Positions 12,980 through 25,582 of a stretch of DNA of 64,000 bases are shown here, piece by piece. Source of the stretch: Hypanus sabinus (Eukaryota); the NCBI RefSeq assembly GCF_030144855.1, contig NC_082721.1:28644001-28708000 (forward strand), in the 5' to 3' direction. Each line of letters begins with the position of its first letter. The stretch's first letter is position 1. Below the pieces are notes generated by a model that was not told the DNA's origin, made no database searches, and saw only the letters and a program-made list of their open reading frames with translations. The translations under genes were made by a program, and so were the position numbers.

Positions 12980-13440
12980 ACCCTGTTCCAGGCCTATTTG
13001 ATTTTCCAGTTTTGTTTTCATATATGTCAAGAGGATCGGAGTTGACGACACTGATGATTTTGTATTTTTGTGAGATATTATAAACAGCCCTTTTTTTTTC
13101 TTTTTTTCTCTCTTTTTGATTTTCTCTTTTTTCTCTTTTTTGTTTTTTTCTTCTATTAGTTATTAGATTTTTAGATAAGTTTTTTTTGCCTAATGAATTT
13201 TTTTTCTTTTTTCCTTTTTATTTTTTCTTTTTATTCTATATTATGATACACAGGTTTGCCTTGTCTATTTGTATATTGTATCTTTTACGATGTGGGAATA
13301 CTCATTTATACTGTAATCATTGTTTTTGTAATCTTTTATAGTTAGTTGAAATATGTATGTTTGTAATCCCATTATCTATGTACCAATTTTATTTTGTTGT
13401 TATTAATAATGATAATAAAAAGATGGAAAAAGAAAGAAAG
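12980..13440 (+). mobile_element. AT-rich insertion (possible L1/Tx1-type 3' UTR with A-rich tail) inside an older LINE remnant
   Basis: T-rich body, AATAAA, A-rich end; flanked by similar AGAGATCAAAGGAAAGGA / AGAGATCGAGGGAAGGAA. Confidence 0.4.
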
Positions 13441-14087
13441 AGAGATCGAGGGAAGGAATTCTTGGGTTCAAGACCAAGACAGCTGAAGGCACCCTAGTGT
13501 AATGATTGGGGGAAGTGAACGAGGCCAGAACTGGAGTTGTAAAGGTCTGGAAGGTCTTAGAGCCAAAAGGAATTAAAAACATAGGGAGGGTGTGAGGCAC
13601 CAAAAGGACCTGAAAGTGAGAAGAATTTTAAAAGTGATATATTCTGGACTTGAGAGGTAATGTTAGGATGTCTACATCACTATTTGGTATGTAGCTCAAT
13701 TCTGACTTTGCAATGCAGAATATGGACAGCAGGTGGCGGTACTGCCTAAGGATTGTGGATCACATTGGCAGTCATTGCAATCCGAATCAGCCTCTATTGT
13801 ACCTAACTGCTACTCACTCCCTGCTATAAGATTTCTCCATTTAAAGTTTCAACAGATGGTAGGTACATTTGCTACAGCAGGCACTATACATAACTGGGGT
13901 CCATCACTGTAAAATTCTGGGGTGCAGAAATGAGGGGTTAGATCCATCACTGTATGAAACTAGGATGCAAAAATGGTGGGGACAGGTCTTCAAATGTACA
14001 GCGTCAGGTTAAAGTACTAGTGCTGGCAGGTCTATCATTATAACATCGGGTTACATTACTGGTGAGGATGGTTCTAACACTGTAATC

Positions 14088-15375
14088 AGTATACAGGAGG
14101 GAGACTGAAAATCTGGCTGAGTGGTGTCACAACAAAGACCTCTCACTCAATGTCAGCAAGAGCAAACAGCTGATTATTGACTACAGGAGGAGGAAACCAG
14201 AGGTCCATGAGCCAGTCCTCTTCAGGGGATCAGAGGTGGAGAGGGTCAGCAACTTTAAATTCCTCGGTGATATCATTTCAGAGGACCTGTCCTGGGTCCA
14301 GCATGTAACAGAGAGACAGACAGACTTTATTGATCCCGACGGAAATTGGGTTTCGTTACAGTCGCACCAACCAAGAATAGTATAGAAATATAGCAATATA
14401 AACCATAAATAATTAAATAATGATAAGTAAACTATGCCAAGTGGAAATAAGTCCAGGACCAGCCTATTGGCTCAGGGTGTCTGACACTCTGAGGGAGGAG
14501 TTGTAAAGTTTGATGGCCACAGGCAGGAATGACTTCCTATGACGCTCAGTGTTACATCTCAGTGGAAAGAGTCTCTGGCTGAATGTACTCCTGTACCTAA
14601 CCAGTACATTATGGAGTGGATGGAAGTCATTGTCTAAAATGGCATGCAACTTGGACAGCATCCTCTTTTCAGACACCACCGTCAGAGAGTCCAGTTCCAC
14701 CCCCACAACATCACTGGCCTTATGAATGAGTTTGTTGATTCTGAAAAGAAAGCATGGCAGAGTCTCCACTTTCTTAGAAGATTATGAAGCTTCAGTAAGT
14801 ATCTAAACCATTGACAAACCTCTATAGATTCACGGTGGAGAGAATACCAACTGGCTGCATCACTGCCTGGTGTGGAAACACTAATGCCCTTGAACAGAAA
14901 AGCTTACAGAAAGTTGTGGATAGCGGCCCAGTCCATCGTGGGTGAAGCCCTCCCAACCACTGAGCACACCTCACATGGAGCACTGTCACAGGAAAGCAGC
15001 GTCCATCATCAGGGACCCCCGCTGTCCAGGCCATGATCTCGCTGCTGCCATCAGGAAGGAGGCACAGGAGCCTCAGGTCCCTCACCACCAAGTTCAGGAA
15101 TAGTAGTTATCCCTCAACCATCAGGCTCTTAAACCAAACTGTCCCATCACTGAACTGTTCCCACAACCTGTGGGCTCACTTTCAAGAACTCTGCAACTAG
15201 CATTCTCAATACTTATTGCTTATTTATTTATTTTAGGTTTTCCCCCCACTCTTTTTCTATTTGCATAACTTGTTGCCTTTTGCACATTGGCTGCTTGTAG
15301 TTTTTCATTGATTCAGTTGTCAACCTTTGCATTTCCAATGAATGCCCGCAAGAAAATGAGCCTCAGGGTAGTTAA
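14088..15375 (+). mobile_element. Rex1/Babar-clade LINE 3' part, interrupted by a nested insertion
   Basis: Encodes LAEWCHNKDLSLNVSK, VERVSNFKFLG, GCITAWCG and LLPSGRR motifs typical of the Rex1 RT C-terminus. Confidence 0.85.
14309..14743 (-). mobile_element. Second Rex1/Babar-type 3' fragment nested in opposite orientation
   Basis: ORF 14464-14769 (-) INKLIHKASDVVG...HPLHNVL...RCNTERHRKSFLPVAIKLYN; the host sequence resumes after it. Confidence 0.85.
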
Positions 15376-17279
15376 CATATGGTGGCATATCTCTACAGTG
15401 ATAGTATGTTTACTGTCACTCTCTGGTGGAGACAGGCCTGTCACTGTGTGACTGGTTAACACTGGGACACAGTACTGGCAGGGGTCAGGTTTGTTATTTA
15501 ACAGAGAGATATAGCATGTGACTGGAGGGCTGTAAAGGTGAGGATACATCTGTTGCTGTACCGGGTAGCGTACTGTGGGGACAGGGTTATAACGTGTCAG
15601 CAGGCTGCGACAGGGCAGCTCGAGGGTGGGGGGCTGCTGTCTACATTGGGAACGAGTCTCTCCAGCACCAGATGGGAAGGACAAAGGTTTGGGTGTTTCA
15701 GGGTTTTGCAGTAACCAGTAGCTTGACGGAGATCTGTGTGTTTACACTGACTGCTATCTAACCCTGGCATGCTGTTCCGCCATTACTCAATCTCTCAATC
15801 GTCCTGGAATTTTTTTCAAAAACCACTTCCATTCAAATGTTGTTTTTCCCTTTGGCTGCGAGTTTTAGCGTCAGGACCCTGAGCACGTTCAGAATATCCC
15901 ACCACATTCTTTCAGAAAAGTTGTGTCAGGTCTGTTCAGCTGGCAGCTTCCTCATCCTTCTCAGCCAACGGAGTTCCTGCACGGCTTGGCACAGGGCCAC
16001 ACCTTCCTTCCATTTGTGGGAGAGCGTCACGTCGGCACCGGTACACAAATGAGAAGAGACTTCCAGTTCAGCCGTGCTGCCTAGAGCTTCAGGGTGCCCC
16101 AGAGCAGCAACAACCACTGGGGAACTCCAAACTCTGGTCAGTGCCATTAGAGCAGTAACTCACTGACTAACTCACGTGCTACTAGATCCCACCGACAATA
16201 ATGACAGGACCACATGTTTCAGTGACAACAGCTGAGGATAAATATGAATCCAAGTCAGCAGGGACACCTCCCACACTCTTCTCCAATTCAACTTCATCAG
16301 AGGACAAGTGAGGCACCTTGGGAAGTCCTCAGGTTGTGAAAGGCCCTAAGGAAAAGAGATGAATTACTGACCAGATTATTCTAAACTAAGGCTTTCCCTT
16401 TAGGTGCCCTCCACTCCCAATGTGGTGGATGAACAATCAGTTAATCGGGTCTGCACCCACAGATTCCGTACAGCCTCACACAGTAACCCTTGTGGGCAGT
16501 CAGATCAAACACATGGCAGGGTCAAACTCACACACATGTAGATCCCGAACCAAAGGTGGCATTTCAGGTGTGAAGAGGTGTGAGGTTTGGCCACTAAGGT
16601 CAAGGTTACTGGGGGTACAGCCATCGGGTGATGCAGATCACACCAGCCACCGGCTCAGAATTACTGGATCTTGGGTTTTCCAAAGGTTCTTTGACTCGGG
16701 CAAAGCCATCCTTTTGTTGCCTGTCGTTAACTGCCATTGAGGAGTGATAGTGAGTGGCAGTCTACCTGGTGGAAGTTTAGGTGGGGAGGGGAAAGTCCCA
16801 GTACTTAAACCCAGTGTTGACAGCCGGGCAACTTGAAAACCTGAACCTCTTGCCCATTTCTTCCTTGGCGTTCCAAGTAGAGTTGGAGGGACATCACAGA
16901 GGGATCTGAAAACAGGGCAATGGATCAATAGGACATCAGTTTAGTTCTGTAGGAGGAAGGAATCTGACATCCCAGCAGGGTGAATCAACCTGGGGATCGT
17001 CCATCTAGTGGTGTTAATCCCATGTGACCAACCTACGTTATGGGGGAGCATTCTGAAGACCATTACATCTTGGGGCAATTATTGTACTCACCCTCCTTAC
17101 TTGTCAAGAACACGCTTCACGTGCTCCCGCGTTACCTCCGGGAAAGGTTGGGGGACGGCGGAACGGTGCTGTACGCATCCATGGGGTGCCGATATCACCA
17201 GACGATAAGGTGGTTCGTAAATCAGAAGGGTCACTTGACTTCATTAACCAAGACTTGCTCCAGAGAGCAGTAAGATCAT

Positions 17280-17835
17280 TGAGCAGTAGCTAGGCTGCAC
17301 CTGGAGCTGCTTCAGGTCCTGGTCACCACACTGTAGGAGGGATTGGAAGGTAGCGGGGACTTATCAGGACGTTTTCAGAATAAAGCAACACAAAATGCTG
17401 GGGGAAATCAGCAGACCAAGCAGCATCTATGGAAAAAAAAAATCCTGCTGAAGGGTTTTGGCCCAAAACGTCGACTGTACCTTTTTTCCATAGGTACTGC
17501 CTGACCTGCTGAGTTCCTCTAGCATTTTGTGTGTGTTGCTCGGATTTCCAACATCTGCAGATTTTCTCCTGTTTGTGTTTTCAGAATAAATATGGGGGAG
17601 TCTTGGCCAGGGTGAGTTTGCTTCCTTTTGAGCTAAAGGAACTGAGAGAAGATTTGAGGGGCATTCAGTTATATGAGCAGCAAAGGTGTAAAGATATGGA
17701 AAGATCAACAGCCCTCATCAGGAAGTTTAATAACTGACGGGACGGATTTAAGATGTTTGGGGAGCCCGGGAAAAGTGCTTTCACTCAAAGTATATTGCAG
17801 GGTCTGATATTCACAGCCTGGAAGGGTGGTGGAGG
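17280..17835 (+). mobile_element. Degraded CR1 fragment hosting the fold-back insertion
   Basis: CR1-like GGTCACCACACTGTAGGAGG before, and ACTGAGAGAAGATTTGA...TTCACTCAAAG after, the insertion. Confidence 0.6.
17385..17576 (+). mobile_element. Fold-back Penelope-terminus element with degenerate hammerhead motif
   Basis: 14-bp TSD GTTTTCAGAATAAA (17371-17384, 17577-17590); inverted arms; central CCTGCTGAAGGGTTTTGGCCCAAAACGTCGACTG. Confidence 0.85.
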
Positions 17836-18144
17836 GGGTTGATCATTCCAAGCCACCCCCTCTTGCTCCAGCAGCCTGCCCTCCTGTTCCTGACTGCAGC
17901 CCCACTGACCATTCCTCGCACCACCTGCTGAGAGAGGAAAGTCATGGTCTCGGGAAGAGGAAATAGGAAGCTGCTTCTGTCCTATATCCTGCTCAACTGC
18001 TCAGTGAGTTCAGGGCACCACTAGTTTCAAGATTGGGGTGAATCACTAGTTTCAAGGTTGTTGGCCTCCTTCAAGGTGACTCCAAGAGTTGTGATCCTGG
18101 GGGTGACAATCTGTACTAGCAGGGTCAAAACTGCTACCCCTTCC

Positions 18145-18145
<1 letters not shown>

Positions 18146-18182
<37 letters not shown>
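18146..18182. repeat. (CT)n microsatellite
   Basis: Visible directly. Confidence 0.95.
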
Positions 18183-21100
18183 AGCTCCCCCGATTTCTCC
18201 CACCTTGGCTCTTTCCCCACTCTCCCCCTAGCCCCCTCAAATCAGCATGGGAGAATTGATTAAGGGGGTGGACAAGTTGAGCTAAATGGTCTGTTAGTGT
18301 GTTGTACTGCTCTATCTCCATGCTTCCTCTTTTCTCTCTCTCTCTCTCTCCACCTTCCCTCATTCTATCCATCTCACCCTCTTTCAAACTCTCGTTCTCT
18401 TCCCCAATCCCCCATCTCCTTACCCCTCTCAGCTTTTTCTTCTGCAGCCCAGGATTTGGAGATTTCAGAGCCATTGGTCTTTGGTACTGACACCCTCCCG
18501 ATGGAAGCCCCAGTTCAGGGTAAGATTGCCGGATATTTTGTTTGGACTTTCTGCTGGCTCCCTGGCCTGGCCTGCCACCCATCTGTTTAACTTACACTTT
18601 GCTGGATCACCGGCTCTGTTTCTCAGTGTTGGTGCTTTGTAGACTAAAACTCTTTCCCCTAAAGTACATATTATTTAAAAAATAAACTGCCGAGTAGACA
18701 CAAAGCCTCGATTCAGGCTCAATGGGTCTTTCTTTCCGAATGTCGATGGGTTGAAGTTTATTTTTCCCCAGCTTGTTTTGATTAAGTCAGGCACTTTACA
18801 CTTCAGCTTCCATAAGCTTTTCGATTTCTTCTTTTAATAGAAACAAGCCAACAGAAGTGAAATAAAAGTGTCTGATTTAATGGCCCCCTGCTACTGGAAT
18901 TGAAAACAGCAGTGCTTAGCTCACAGCTGTACCGGTCAGGTCCCTTCAGTTAGGTACCAGGCCCACTTCCTCATCTGCCCTCAGCTCGATTCTGCTTGCT
19001 GTTCGGACTGTGGGCATCACTGGTGCTTGAAGCCCACACTCTGGGAAGGGTTTATGTGTGTTTGAGGCAGAGGTTGATGGGTTCTCCATTGATAAAGGGG
19101 TAAAAGACCATGGGGAGAAGGCAAGAGAAAGGGGTTGAAAAAAATCACCCAGAATTGAATGGTAGAGCAGACCCAATGGGCCAAAAGTCCATATAGTCTT
19201 AGAACAATAATACAGCATCCAGTCATTTTTACTAATACTAGGGCTTATCAAGTCAGTACTGGATTGGACAACAAATGCATTTGTCAATGTTATATGTTAT
19301 GAGGAGAGCCAATACCAATGGTTAATAGGGGAAGAACTTCTTGCTGTGAGAGTTTTGTGCACCTTAATCCTCCTTTCCTGGTTTACAGTTCACCAAACGT
19401 GGTGTCAACAGTAGCTCATTGTTCAAATTTCATTTCTGCGACACGTTGGTCGGTGCTGGAAGAACAGATTTGAAACACAAAGGCTTTGAACTCTATTTCA
19501 TTTTAAATAGTCACAGAATCACGAAATGCTTAGTGTGCAGCATACAGCCAGGCCAGTCAGCCCACCTTCTCTCTAGCTACACTAATCCTGGTTGGCCGCA
19601 TTAGGTTCATGGTCTTCCATATCTTACTTACCTGTCTGATAACTTAAACATCATAATTGTGTCTGATTCCACCACCTCTTCTAGCAGCTTATTCTAGCTA
19701 CCAATCACTTTCTGTATAATAAAAGAAATTACACTTTCAAGCTCCTGCCTCTCACAAAACTATGGCCTGTTGTTTCTGATACCCTTTCCAAGGGTTTTTG
19801 ATACCATTTCCAAGGGACAAAGTTTGCAGTCACATTCAGAGTTCCACTCCGTTCTCAGGCAAAGTGGCCCAAACAGCAGTCTATGTCATCACACCTCCCA
19901 GATGCATTAAGTAGCCTTGCTCAATGGTAGATGGGAAAAGTCATACGAGTTCCTGAGGGGGGAGAATTAGTTCATCACTGGCGGAAATTTAAACAAAACA
20001 TTGAGAAAGGTATCTGACAAAGGAGGCGACCCAGCACCCTTCCAGGGCAGGAGAGCCTCGAATCCGCAGGGGCAAAGTGAAGAAACATCCATCAATGGAA
20101 GTTCTGTGTTCAGACAAATTTGTAGACCAACTCTTATTTAAAGCTGGATTCAGAAGTTTGGGTTTGAACTCATCATCACTAATCCAGCAACATAACCATG
20201 GGTTGGTCCTTCCTCAGCCACTGTTTTAAGTCTTCTTTTCTCTGCCTTGCTTCGTCACCCATTTCTTCCCTTACTTTCTTTGTCTTCCTCTGTTTGCTTC
20301 TTTTTTTCTCCTTCTCTTTATCCATCTCCCTTTATGTTTCTTCTCAGGTTCTTCTCTCTCTGTCTCACACAAGCGCCCTTTATTTCTCCTTTCTCCTTTT
20401 CCTTCCTCTCTTCCAGTGGGTCGAAACACAAACCTGGCCAGCTCATAACAAGCAAACACTCTGTGTCCAAGCACCGAGCAATTCCGGACTTGCACTGCCC
20501 ACCACATGAGAAATGGCAGCTGATCTCTCGATGAAAGCTCCCCATCAGCTATCTGGAGCTTATTTCCTTGTTCCTGGCAGCGAGTGATACCATCTCCCCA
20601 TTTGGTGTTCAGCATTTCACTTCGGTTCTGTTTGCCCGGGGGTAGGTTTAATGTGTATTTATTTCAGGGTCTAACTGTTGAGTTTATACTCACTTTACCC
20701 ACCAAATCTGGGTAAACCCCTCCTCTTCCTGTCCCTACTGGGAAATGGTGATGAAGAAGGCAATTGGAAGCAACAACCGAAGCATTTTACTGAAGATCCT
20801 TTATGTGATATTTAAAGTATAATTTCTATATCCTCACAGACTTGGAACCCTCCCACCCTGAGTGCAGATTCCATGGGAAGTATTCCTGTCTCAGATTGGA
20901 GAAGGTCCAGGTGCTGTGGGAAGACACTCAATGGTTGATCCAGTTGTGATGGGGAGAGTGTCCATGGGCTGTGAGTAACAAACCAATGGGTGTGATGGGA
21001 GAGTGAACCATTTGCGGGAAGTGTCTTTCAACTTGGGCTTTGCCGGAGGCTGTGTAATTGTCAACGAAAAAGGCGGAAGCACCATCCAGGTCTTCACTGT

Positions 21101-21730
21101 GCACCAGGCCACAGATATTTGTATTTATTATTCCATGTCTAAACATCTTCTTTCATTCTCACACAGGCGTTTATTGCCCACCCCCAATGACCCCTACACC
21201 GGGAGCTTACTGGGCCAAAGTGCAACCAAACAGCATCTGTGGAGGCAAAGGGGTGGTCAAAATCTCTGGCCAAGACCCTGCATTTGCCAGACTAGACAAG
21301 GACAATTTTCTTCCTTAAGCAGATTCAATGACATTTTTTAATGACAATCTCATCATTAATGGGACTGGTGAGATTCATTGTGTCTCTCCTGACTGATAAC
21401 CCAAACCTCTGAGCTGTGGTTCTGTAGTTTAACCTCTCTGTTCCCTGCGCCAATGAAAGTACTTCTCGCTGCAAGAGGATGGCCAACTTTTCCGATTGAG
21501 ACTCTGCCTCGGGGCTAAAGGTATAGAAGGGTGATAGCCAGTACAGAGAAGCGAGAGGGAAGGGGTGAGATGGAGGTAGGAAGGTCATCACTTCCTTTTC
21601 TCCTTATCTGTTTGCACATCAGCCTCGAGCCTCTAGCTCAATACTCACCTTTCCCCCTCATCCAGCTGGCTCCGCCTTTCAACTACCAGCTTCTCCACTC
21701 TAAAAGATGGCTGTCTGACCTCTACACTTG

Positions 21731-21850
21731 GTCCTGATGCGGAGTCTCAGGCAGAAGCGTCGGCTATCTCTCTGCCCCCTCGCAGATGCTGTTTGACTTC
21801 CCCCCCCCCCCCCACCGCCGAGTTCCACTTGCAGTTTGTTTTTGCTCACT
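21731..21850 (+). mobile_element. Degraded Penelope terminal fragment with hammerhead remnant
   Basis: GTCCTGATGCGGAGTCTCAGGCAGAAGCGTCGGC followed by CAGATGCTG, matching the terminal family. Confidence 0.6.
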
Positions 21851-23785
21851 ACCGATTAACCTGCTTGGAATTTGTACCTCTGTTTATGGGATCTCGCTGT
21901 GCATGAAGTGGCCGCAGCATTTCCAGCATGACTACATTTCAAAAGTATTTCATTGTCTGCGAGGCATTTTGGGACGTCCTGAGGCAGATGTGGAAATAAC
22001 AATACACATTCAGTTCTCTGTTTTCTTGTTGCACTGTCCAATCTTCACTCTTTCCTCACCCTGTCCCGTGAACTCTTTGGTTAATCGTTACCCCTCTGTC
22101 CCCACTGCCCTGGGGACTGTGAGAAAGTTGGGAGGCTGCATGCCACTCACCCCCCCCCCCCAAAAGAGAATGGGAAGATAAAAATAGAAGCAAATAAAAA
22201 AATGCACCAATAAGCCAAAATAAACTCTTAAACTGTGAGTGAGCAAACAGATGTCCCTGCAGTGTTTGTACAAAGATTGTAGCTCAGCAGAATTGTTTTT
22301 GTCTCTGGATTCTCTCAGGAATCTAAAGCTTTCACTGTGTTTCTGGAACTGGAGTGAGATTTTATTTCTTCATTTCTCCTACTGACTGGACTGTCACTGT
22401 AATTTATGCAGCGTTACATGTTTACCTTTCTGTACAGCCAGGAATCAGAACCCCTTCCCTCGTTGTTGCTGGACTTTGGCTCATTACCTTCACTTGGTGC
22501 CCACAGACCTTTCAATGGCAGTCCTGAACATCCGCACTGACTGAGCATCCACCAACCCTTTGGGGTGGGGCGCTCAACGATTCACAACCGTCCGGGTGAA
22601 GAAACTCCCCTTCATCTCCACCCCAAGTGTCTGTTATCCTCTGTCCCCGAGCCTGGGAGGCCGCAGCCTATCACCCTCAATCCCTGAGGGATGACCCTCA
22701 GTCTAAACTCCGGACAGCCGAAGCCAGACTCTCCTCCTAGGATAACTCCACATCCTGGCGATTGGCTGGAACACTGGGATTTCTGGTGCTGGATCAAGTA
22801 GACATTGTACAGAGAAACAGAGAGTCACTTACATCAACACAATTTGGCTAAGACACTGTGAAAAGGCTGAGACATCAATTATTTTTGGCTAATTAGGGCT
22901 TCAGACAGTCGGAGTTCCTAAGACAGGAGAGTCTCTCCCACTCAGAAGCCCTCTGCAGTTACCCAGTGTAACCGATAGACACTTCGATTCATAGTTTACC
23001 AAGTCAGGTTACCAGCTTTTTGCTTTTAAAATCATCTGGTAGGAAACAGGGCCTAACAGTTGTTTTCAGAATGTCTTTAAAAACAGTATCAGTGTCAGCT
23101 CACGTTCAGTTGTCAATGTGCGTTTGGCAGCTCCATTTTGATAATATGTTTTTGCGATTTCCCTGGGTTCAAACAGCCAGATTGGTTACCAGGAGGAGGT
23201 GCAGGATTACTGACTATTGGCTACCCAGTGCAGCTCTCCATTTCACAGAGTAGCACTGGTAACTCCATCAGCATCCACTCTTCAGGATCCCGACACCCTG
23301 TGCACAGGTGAGAATCCAGTCATCGCTTGTGGGCGAGGTTCTCTCGGTGTGTCAGAAACACACACGCTACGCGTTGTTCACACTATTCATTACAGCAATT
23401 AGACACACACATGCACACTTACACACATGTTGCACACACTCACGGTGTCAGCTTCAAACACTGACACATCCATATTGCCCACACACCCCTTCACGTGCTC
23501 GTGTACGCATGAACACAGCAACCAGGCGTTGCGCACACCACAGTGAACCACGCACACTTCCGAATTCCACACCGAGGGCCCGAGCCCCTCGTCTTCAGTG
23601 ACAGTCCTCCGACAAGGAGGAAGAGACGAGCTGTCAGAGAGAAGCACTGAGGGAGTGCTGCGATTCTCGTCCTGTGACCCACCCTGATATGCATCATTTA
23701 TTATACAGCCAACTGGGTCATATGCTGAGGTCCCATATGCTTGATTGTAGTTGAAACATAACTTGACAGGGCATTAGAAGTAGAC

Positions 23786-24379
23786 TGGTTCCTAAGGTTA
23801 GAGGGTGGTGGTGGGGATAAGCTCCCACTACCTATGAAGTGCTCCAAATGGCGTGTGTCTCCAACAGCCTCTGACAACCAAGACCAACCCTTGGCCTTCA
23901 CATATGGCTTAGCTACTAGGCCCGGTGGAACTGTTTCTACTGACACGAGAAGGGGCAAAGACGGACCACTGGCGCCTCAAAACCAGTTGCTTCGGGCAGG
24001 TGGGGCTCGTCAGCCTTGGACGGCAGCCGCCTAGGAGAAGGAAAACTCTGATTTTAATCCTCCGCTGCCTTGCGGCCATACCCACCCATGGGAAAGGCTT
24101 CGGGAGTAAACCCTGAGGAAGAAATCCGGAGCCGGGGTCCCCAAGGCAGTTTGATGTTGTTTACAACTTCACCGTGGCAACCTCTGCAACGACACTGGTG
24201 CCAAGCTGTATCGGCGCTTGCCCTTGCCTCGGACTACATCAGTGACATGGAGAGGGGGAGCCCGCTGCATGGGCAACAGCCGGTTCTTCAAATCGTCCCG
24301 CCCAGGCTTGTGCCCCGGAGAGGGCACAGTCCACCAGAGGTGCAAACCCATCATCCCCTGGGACCGACGGCTGCCTACC
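23786..24379 (+). mobile_element. Full-length non-autonomous RTE-derived element (594 bp)
   Basis: 10-bp TSD AGAAGTAGAC (23776-23785, 24380-24389); RTE 5'-region-like AGGAGAAGGAAAACTCTGA; 3' end GACCGACGGCTGCC matches GACCGACGGAGGCC at the end of the RTE LINE (~63121). Confidence 0.75.
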
Positions 24380-25217
24380 AGAAGTAGACATAACAATGAA
24401 CTTACAAAAGGGAAGTGAAGAAACTCTTTAAAATGAAAAAATTACCAAGCTCTGTGACAGATTGGAAAATATCGTCCGAAGAAGTAGGTATCCATTTTGC
24501 ACAGAGTATTGTCCTCTGTTTCCATGCCAACATTGTACCAAGTCTGTCTGGAATGGGGCTAGAGAACCAGACCTCTGTTCATGATTGCAGTGCACCCAGT
24601 GAGCCAAGTCTCACGTGGAATCTGGGCTGTACTGGAAGTGATATGGTTTCTAAGTGACAATAACCCCAGGACTCAAAGCTAGAGCACTCACTGGAGGGCT
24701 GACCTCCTGCCCACTGCACAGCAATAATGTGCCAGGACAAAGCAACAAGATATTGAGACCTAAAGGAGAAAACCAGGGCGAGAAAAGCAGAATCACGTTG
24801 CCAGTGTGTAGTAGAGGCCCACCCCAAGATGGGGCTGGAAGTACCCTCAGTGACTTTACGTACAACCTGCGCTCAACCACTCATACATCTATACCCCTGC
24901 TACACAGACGGACCACTGCAGCTTCTATGCATTGAACGCCCACACATACTCACACCACATTGCACACTCACACACTGCACACATTCACAATTCCTTTTTA
25001 AACGACAGATCTTAGAAATTTTAAATAAAAACAGAAAATGCTGGAAACACTTAGCAGGTTAGGCACTTTTACTTTGTGCAACCACACATTGCATGTCGCT
25101 TACACTATTCATACTCAGAACAGTGACATACACACTCACACATTACATGCACACATATTACATCTACTCATACTGTTAACACTTTTGCAGCTTTGCACAT
25201 TAACAACCCCATATGTT

Positions 25218-25582
25218 ACACCCACGGTGCACGCAAAACCATCACAGTGCACGCAAAACCATCACAGTACACACAACCATCAACAATGCACACAAGATCA
25301 TCACAGTACACACACACAACCATCACAATGCACACACAACCATCACAATGCACACAAAATCATCACAGTACACACAAACCATCACAATGTACACACAACC
25401 ATCACAGTGCACGCAAAACCATCACAGTGCATGCAAAACCATCACAGTACACACAACAATCACAATGCACACAAGATCATCACAGTACACACACACAACC
25501 ATCACAATGCACACACAACCATCACAGTGCACGCAAAACCATCATAATGCACACACAACCATCACAGTGCACACATAACCAT
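25218..25582. repeat. ~20-bp C/A-rich minisatellite (ATCACAGTGCACGCAAAACC and variants)
   Basis: Tandem units of 18-22 bp visible; one more unit follows the CR1 insertion (~26435). Confidence 0.93.

Noticed and set aside
17385-17576. Pre-miRNA or DNA-transposon MITE explanation for the fold-backs
   Set aside because: Arms are Penelope terminal sequence also seen attached to GIY-YIG ORFs; TSD lengths differ (14 versus 6 bp), unlike cut-and-paste elements.
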